This document shows positions 58,741 through 64,000 of a stretch of DNA of 64,000 bases, piece by piece. The translations under genes were made by a program, and so were the position numbers. The DNA lies in the NCBI GenBank assembly GCA_973895155.1, contig OZ316897.1, positions 956,515-1,020,514 of the forward strand, read 5' to 3'. Each line of letters starts with the position of its first letter. The first letter of the stretch is position 1. The notes beneath the pieces are model-generated. The model was given only the letters and a program-made list of their open reading frames with translations. It was not told the origin of the DNA and did not search any database. Origin of the DNA: Marsupella aquatica. Taxonomy: Eukaryota > Plantae > Marchantiophyta.

Positions 58741-61362
58741 CACTCTAGCTCAACTACATCCTGAGAATGTAGTTTGTCTATTTGAAGCTCTTTATCATGA
58801 CATTTTTTTAATTGAATGGAAATAAGTAAGAACACTTAGTTAGTAGTCTCTCCCCACCCCTATATATAGTGACATGCATTCATTGCCGAGAACCCACTTT
58901 GAGGGCAAGCCCCCACAGATTCGACAGGGACCTACACCAGCATGAGGGAGAGAGTCAGTATTAATTAAGTCAGGGCCGCAAAGTGGACAACCAGGGGCCA
59001 AGGAGATAATCAGAACTTGTGGAGTACCCCAAAAATCCAGGCTAGTCCCCTATCCAACTGACCTAAACCAATTGCTTTGCATGACAAGCTCTCGGATGGT
59101 AGAGACAAAGGCAAAAAGCAGAATGCACTAGGAAGAGAATACATGCACTCAACATTCTGAAAACTTGAGGCAATTTCTGTTTTAGGTTTGACACCAATTT
59201 AAGCTCGGGATTTTGGTCATGCCTAAAAGCAGTCCAGGACCTGTGCAAATTGTCAAAATGGCAGCCCTCACGCTTGGACAACTCCCTCGATCACTGGAGA
59301 GTCTTTATCTTTAATTACACCAAGCTCACATAATTATTCCTATGTCCACCATATGAAATCAAGCCTGGGCAACCCCACTAAGGATAGAGTTTCACCAATT
59401 CCTATGCCCCCCAGAATGTCAAAAACTAGGTAATTTATGCTTTTTTTACTGTTTATATGAAATAAGAAATTCATCAAAAATATATTGGCCCCCCCATAAC
59501 TTAATTAATTTTCTTAAAGAATTTTTTCCAAATGTTCAGAAAATATTACTTGAAATCTAGCTAATTTGCTACAAATTTGTAGCACGTGTGTCGCCCAGGG
59601 CGTAGATGTTTTAATTTCTCTTTCAATCTCTTTCTCAGTTTGAAACTGGGGCACTTACGAAAACTATTCCAATGAACAAAATAATTATGGCTCAGAGCCA
59701 CCAATGTTTAGAAATATTTTAATAAAACAGAAGGAAAAACTCTCAAAACAAACAGCTTTAGTCTCTGAAAAAACAAAAGCAGAACAGTACTGGACAACTA
59801 GCCCATAGAATCTCAGAAAATATTAACTATGCTCACACAAATGAGTGATTTTATTTACAGCACGTTTTAGAGTACTCTGTCCAGCCAGGTCCTCTTACAT
59901 TCTATGAGCGCATTGAGATTTTCTGGAAGGCAGCTCTGAGTTCAAGGAGGACTCATCTGCACTTTCAACTAAGATTCAAAGTGAATATTTCTATTGTGGG
60001 AACACTACAGGGTGAGACTTGAGGTGTGTGAAGTTATGAAGGATACGTGTGAGGTGAGGGGAGGTGTCTAGTAGTCCTAAGTCACCAGCATTGGGCTTAA
60101 CTCTAGTATATGAGCCCTAAGTATGCCAGTGCGTTGTAGGGTGCAAGGAGGGTCAGCCCAGAGGGAGTTGGGCTGGGGCATGTATGGGGCAGTGTGAGGA
60201 AGCACATATGCTCCAGGGGTGCCCATTTCCTTCATCAATGGTCACTAAAAACAACCAAACAAACCCAACGGCTGTGGATCTTTCCCACCTAGTAGCTTTT
60301 TTGTATTGGGACGAAGAACAAAAAAACGTGGGATCCCTTATTATAGTTGTAAATGTATTACAATGCCAATACAAAAGTTCCAAACAGGATCCCAAAGTCA
60401 AAAAAGTCCAATAATGGGACGGGTAAGGGGGAAAGACCCCATAGACCTGAGAGGCCAAACAAAGCCAAGAGGCCCCCAAAATAACAAGAGAACCAGAAGC
60501 CCATAAAGTAGCCAACTAGACAAAAAAGAAGTATTAGGCTGAAAATTGAAAAACCTGGTGAAGTTAAGGAGTCAATCCCACAGCTAGGTGAGTCACAAAC
60601 TCAAGAGGAATCTGTCTATAAACCCTAATACCTGACTGACAGCATTGGCTCCCAGTCAAGACAAATCACAGTTAAGGGTATCAGATGCTGATGCCCAAGG
60701 CTCAGTACGTTTAATTATTTTGCATCCACACAAACGCAGGTTTGTCATGTTATGATCTTGTGTGATGTGATGTGATAGACTTTTGGTTTAATTCACATTT
60801 TGGCCAAACCCCTCACTTCTTTTTAATATTCTAGTTGTTATTAGAGTAGTATCTGTGGTAACTCACATTTCTGCCTAAACGACTCAGCCTAAAACACACG
60901 TTCTGGTACTAGCATTTTCACCCTAAGAGCTTCATTGAAAACTCCATTGTTGTCCACCAAACGACTTGACTTCACGAAAACAATGGAATCTCCAATTTCA
61001 CTGATTGAAAAGTCTACTCTACTTCACCGAAAAGTTTATTTTACTTTACTGAGAGCTCTGACTGCTGTTTCCCACCAAACGACGTTGTTTCCCACCAAAT
61101 CAGATTCATGCATTTTACGCTAAAATTTTGTGTATAATTCACGACATATCTACTCACTCAGGAGGTCAGATTTGGACGACAGTAGAGATGGAACACGGTC
61201 ACCCAGGTAACAGAATTCGGAAATAGGAGTTGTTGGAGATGATGCTGTGCACTCGGTTGTGCAATGCCATCGTCGAGCATAACTAAGTCCAAGTTAAGCT
61301 ACTCTATTATTATTGTTATCGTACAGTTCTGATCTCGAGTTGGCTCTGAGCTGAGCTCAAAT

Positions 61363-62798
61363 ATGGCGATGCGTGGACCGACTGAGATCAGAACCGGTGG
61401 ACCTAGCCCGCAGCTCAAAGCCAATATTTTCTCGTATTTGACATGGCAATGGACGCAGCCTTTCATCAATCTGGCCAACAAGCAGGCGATTCAGGTGCTT
61501 AATTAATTTGTGAACATGAGACCTCTGTGTCAATGTTGTCTTTCAGTTGCAAGACTAGATTAAGTTAAGTTCATCATGCTTTAATTTATTTCCTAAACGA
61601 AGACGATACTTGCTCGTCGTCGGCGCAAATCCTTTTCTTCATTTGAATGTTTGTTATTATCATGATGCGGCCGGCACCTGCATAATAATGTTTTGTCGCC
61701 AACATGCCATTCATGTCGATCACTTGATATGCCTCATACGATGAGCAACTTGAAGCGATGATACAGCTGCTAGAATGTCGATCATAGATCCGAGAGGCGA
61801 GCGATGATACAGCTGCTAGAATGTCGATCATAGATCCGAGAGCTCGCCTTCAAGGCCTAGCCTGTCAGACTTGCTATTCCTCAGATCGATATGAGTCCCC
61901 TATATACGTACAAGAGAATTTGGACCCTGGAGCTAGTTTGGCTATGGACCCTAAGGCTAAATTAATTATATATAACGTACGAAGTCGCCTCTGAATGGAG
62001 TCTTGATTCAGTCAATCGGTTGTGATCGAACGAGCAGAAGGAAGATTTGCACGACCTGCTGCCGAGAGAGAGCACGGCGTACGGTGAACGAGTTTGGAAT
62101 AAGTGTTGGGAGCGGCAAATCGAAAAGACTGGAAATCCGCCTTCCGTATGGAAACTGATGGCCAACTGTGCTGGACGAGAGATGATTATGTCTTTCGTAC
62201 TCTTCCCTATCTGGCTCATCTCTGTTTGCGGCCAGGTGATTGTCAGCCCTTCAGGAACGAGCCTACCTTTCAATTGTCCATTACTGAAGATCACTGACGT
62301 ACCGTGGAAGCTGGGTCTTGTACAAATCCTGCTAACAGGAAACAGGTGATAGCTTTTAGACTGTTCAACTCAAACGAATTATTTCCAGTAATTTCTCCGT
62401 GGGACAAGAAGAAAATCTAAAGCTTTTGGCTGTGAATTAAATGTGTGCGGGCGTATTCTCTCGGAGCAGGTCTACGTATTGAAAGCGATCGTGTTAGCGG
62501 CTGCGCACGGCGATGAGCATATATTGCGTGGTGGCGGGGCTTCGTTCTGGTTTTCGGGATGTTCATGACGTCTATTTGTCAGAGCATCAGTATGCACCAT
62601 GTGTTCACTACCGGGCAGAGAGCGGGCCTGAAGATAAAAAATGCCCTGGCGACAGCCGTTTTCAAGAAGGTTTGAGCTCTTGGTACCAAGAAAACCACCT
62701 TTTTAGTTTAACTGCAGGCGGCCATCCCGGGACGGCCAGGTCTCGACAACCTGGGAAGTAATTTAAGAAAATGTCTCGGATTGTTGGGTTGTGATGGA
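61363..62798 (+). pseudogene. Inverted paralogue of the ABCC gene (exons 61363-61494, 62038-62235, 62470-62669); frameshifted and interrupted
   Basis: Exons 1-2 have the same lengths (132, 198 nt) as the minus-strand gene. A 2-bp AT insertion (catATattgcgtgg, ~62521) shifts exon 3. Intron homology stops at ~62798, just before the exon-4 acceptor. Confidence 0.85.
61755..61842. repeat. ~46-bp tandem duplication in intron 1 of the ABCC paralogue
   Basis: gcgatgatacagctgctagaatgtcgatcatagatccgagag occurs twice. Confidence 0.85.
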
Positions 62799-62997
62799 CG
62801 TACTATCGGATTCTTTCCGTGGAATCTGATTCAATGCATCCAATCAAGAACCTCAAGGTTCACGCCAATTAATTTGTGAACGCTACTATGACTGCATGAA
62901 ACGTGGCACCACCGATATAACCAAAGATATGATGAAGTGAGATCAATATAGACTGGCGTTGAAGGCAATGTACATCCAGCGAGTTATTTATCGTTCA

Positions 62998-63172
62998 ACT
63001 CACAAGAACACAGATTAGAGAGATTTTTATATGCGGGCTTTGACTAGTGAACTTGACTGAGAGTTTGCAGAATGTGACCTCTGTGACTCACAAGAACGCA
63101 GATTAGAGAGATTCTTATATGCGGGCTTTGACTGGTGAACTTGACTGAGAGTTTGCAGTCTCTGACCTCTGT
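62998..63172. repeat. ~89-bp tandem duplication
   Basis: actcacaagaac.cagattagagagatt.ttatatgcgggctttgact.gtgaacttgactgagagtttgcag occurs twice. Confidence 0.85.
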
Positions 63173-64000
63173 GGCGACCAGATTGACTTACGTAGACGCT
63201 CGACGCTAGCTTGAGGACAAAAGTGTCCACGGAAAAATTACTGGAATTTAAGCAAAATTTGGGGCCGGGGTGTGTTGCTGTTGCAGTTGATGAGTTTGAA
63301 ATCGGTGGCACTCGCTGGAACGAGTTCCGGGGTGATGCTGAATTTGCTCATGAACGATACCCAGAAATTGCTCGAAGCAAGCAATTATCTTGCATTCAGT
63401 TGAGTGTCCTCCACATTGCACCGTCTGACGAAGTTGTACAAAACTTATACTTCAACAATGAAATTAAACCCTAATCTATGAAAAGAATGCTCTTGATGAA
63501 ATTGGCATAATTGGAAGTACGTCAGTGCATTGGAGAGTAGTAGTACTTACATCTGCAGGTGGTAGACATCAGTACAGGTTAAAACTCAGTAGGATACAGC
63601 AGTCTCGTGCCTCATAGATGGGCCGGCCATCAGATGCCGAATTAGGCATGCCCACGATGTTTCTTGTGATTCAAGTACCAAATCACGTGTGGGAGTACTG
63701 TTTGTTGTCTAGTTTCAAAAACAATCCTGCCGCTAGCGTCATAGATATAATCCCCAGCTAAGTTGAACAGTATAGCTTCTTCAAATCGTCTAGATATATA
63801 GTAATATCACAACTCATATTTATTGGGCCGGTTTATACCTGACGTACCATGTTCATGGGACACTGGGTTTAGGTTCTCTCAATCATATCATTTCCTGTAA
63901 TTTTGTATGTAGCGAGGAAGCCAGGCATGCTGAAATATATGCTCGCTCAAGCTCGCTCTCAAGACAATAAACTCTTTCGAATGTTCATGCAAATATGTGA

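Overview
Intron-rich land-plant genomic DNA, probably from a lineage with flagellated sperm (bryophyte/lycophyte/fern-like; inferred from a PPP4R4/CFAP14-like gene and plant-type PET100). Host genes: PPP4R4-like HEAT protein (partial, -), PET100 (+), an intronless fungal-looking LigI-type amidohydrolase (+), NSRP1/CCDC55-like (+), a full ABCC/MRP transporter (-) and a head-to-head frameshifted ABCC paralogue (+). The main feature is a 14.5-kb DNA transposon (5017-19508) with perfect 26-bp TIRs and a 4-bp TAGG target duplication, nested in an older ~1.7-kb foldback element with ~530-bp TIRs (4094-20317). It encodes a Sola-like DDD transposase and, divergently, two cargo genes: a spliced ParB/Srx-like + beta-class N6A/N4C DNA-methyltransferase-like fusion, and an FCP1/SCP-type HAD phosphatase. 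It also carries roughly 70-80 copies (counted by eye) of one 25-bp palindrome, TTGGATAGAGAT-C-ATCTCTATCCAA, arrayed almost entirely within the element's own predicted introns. This resembles a transposon-borne ParB/parS-like self-recognition or epigenetic module. All family assignments come from motif recognition by eye; no database searches were run.
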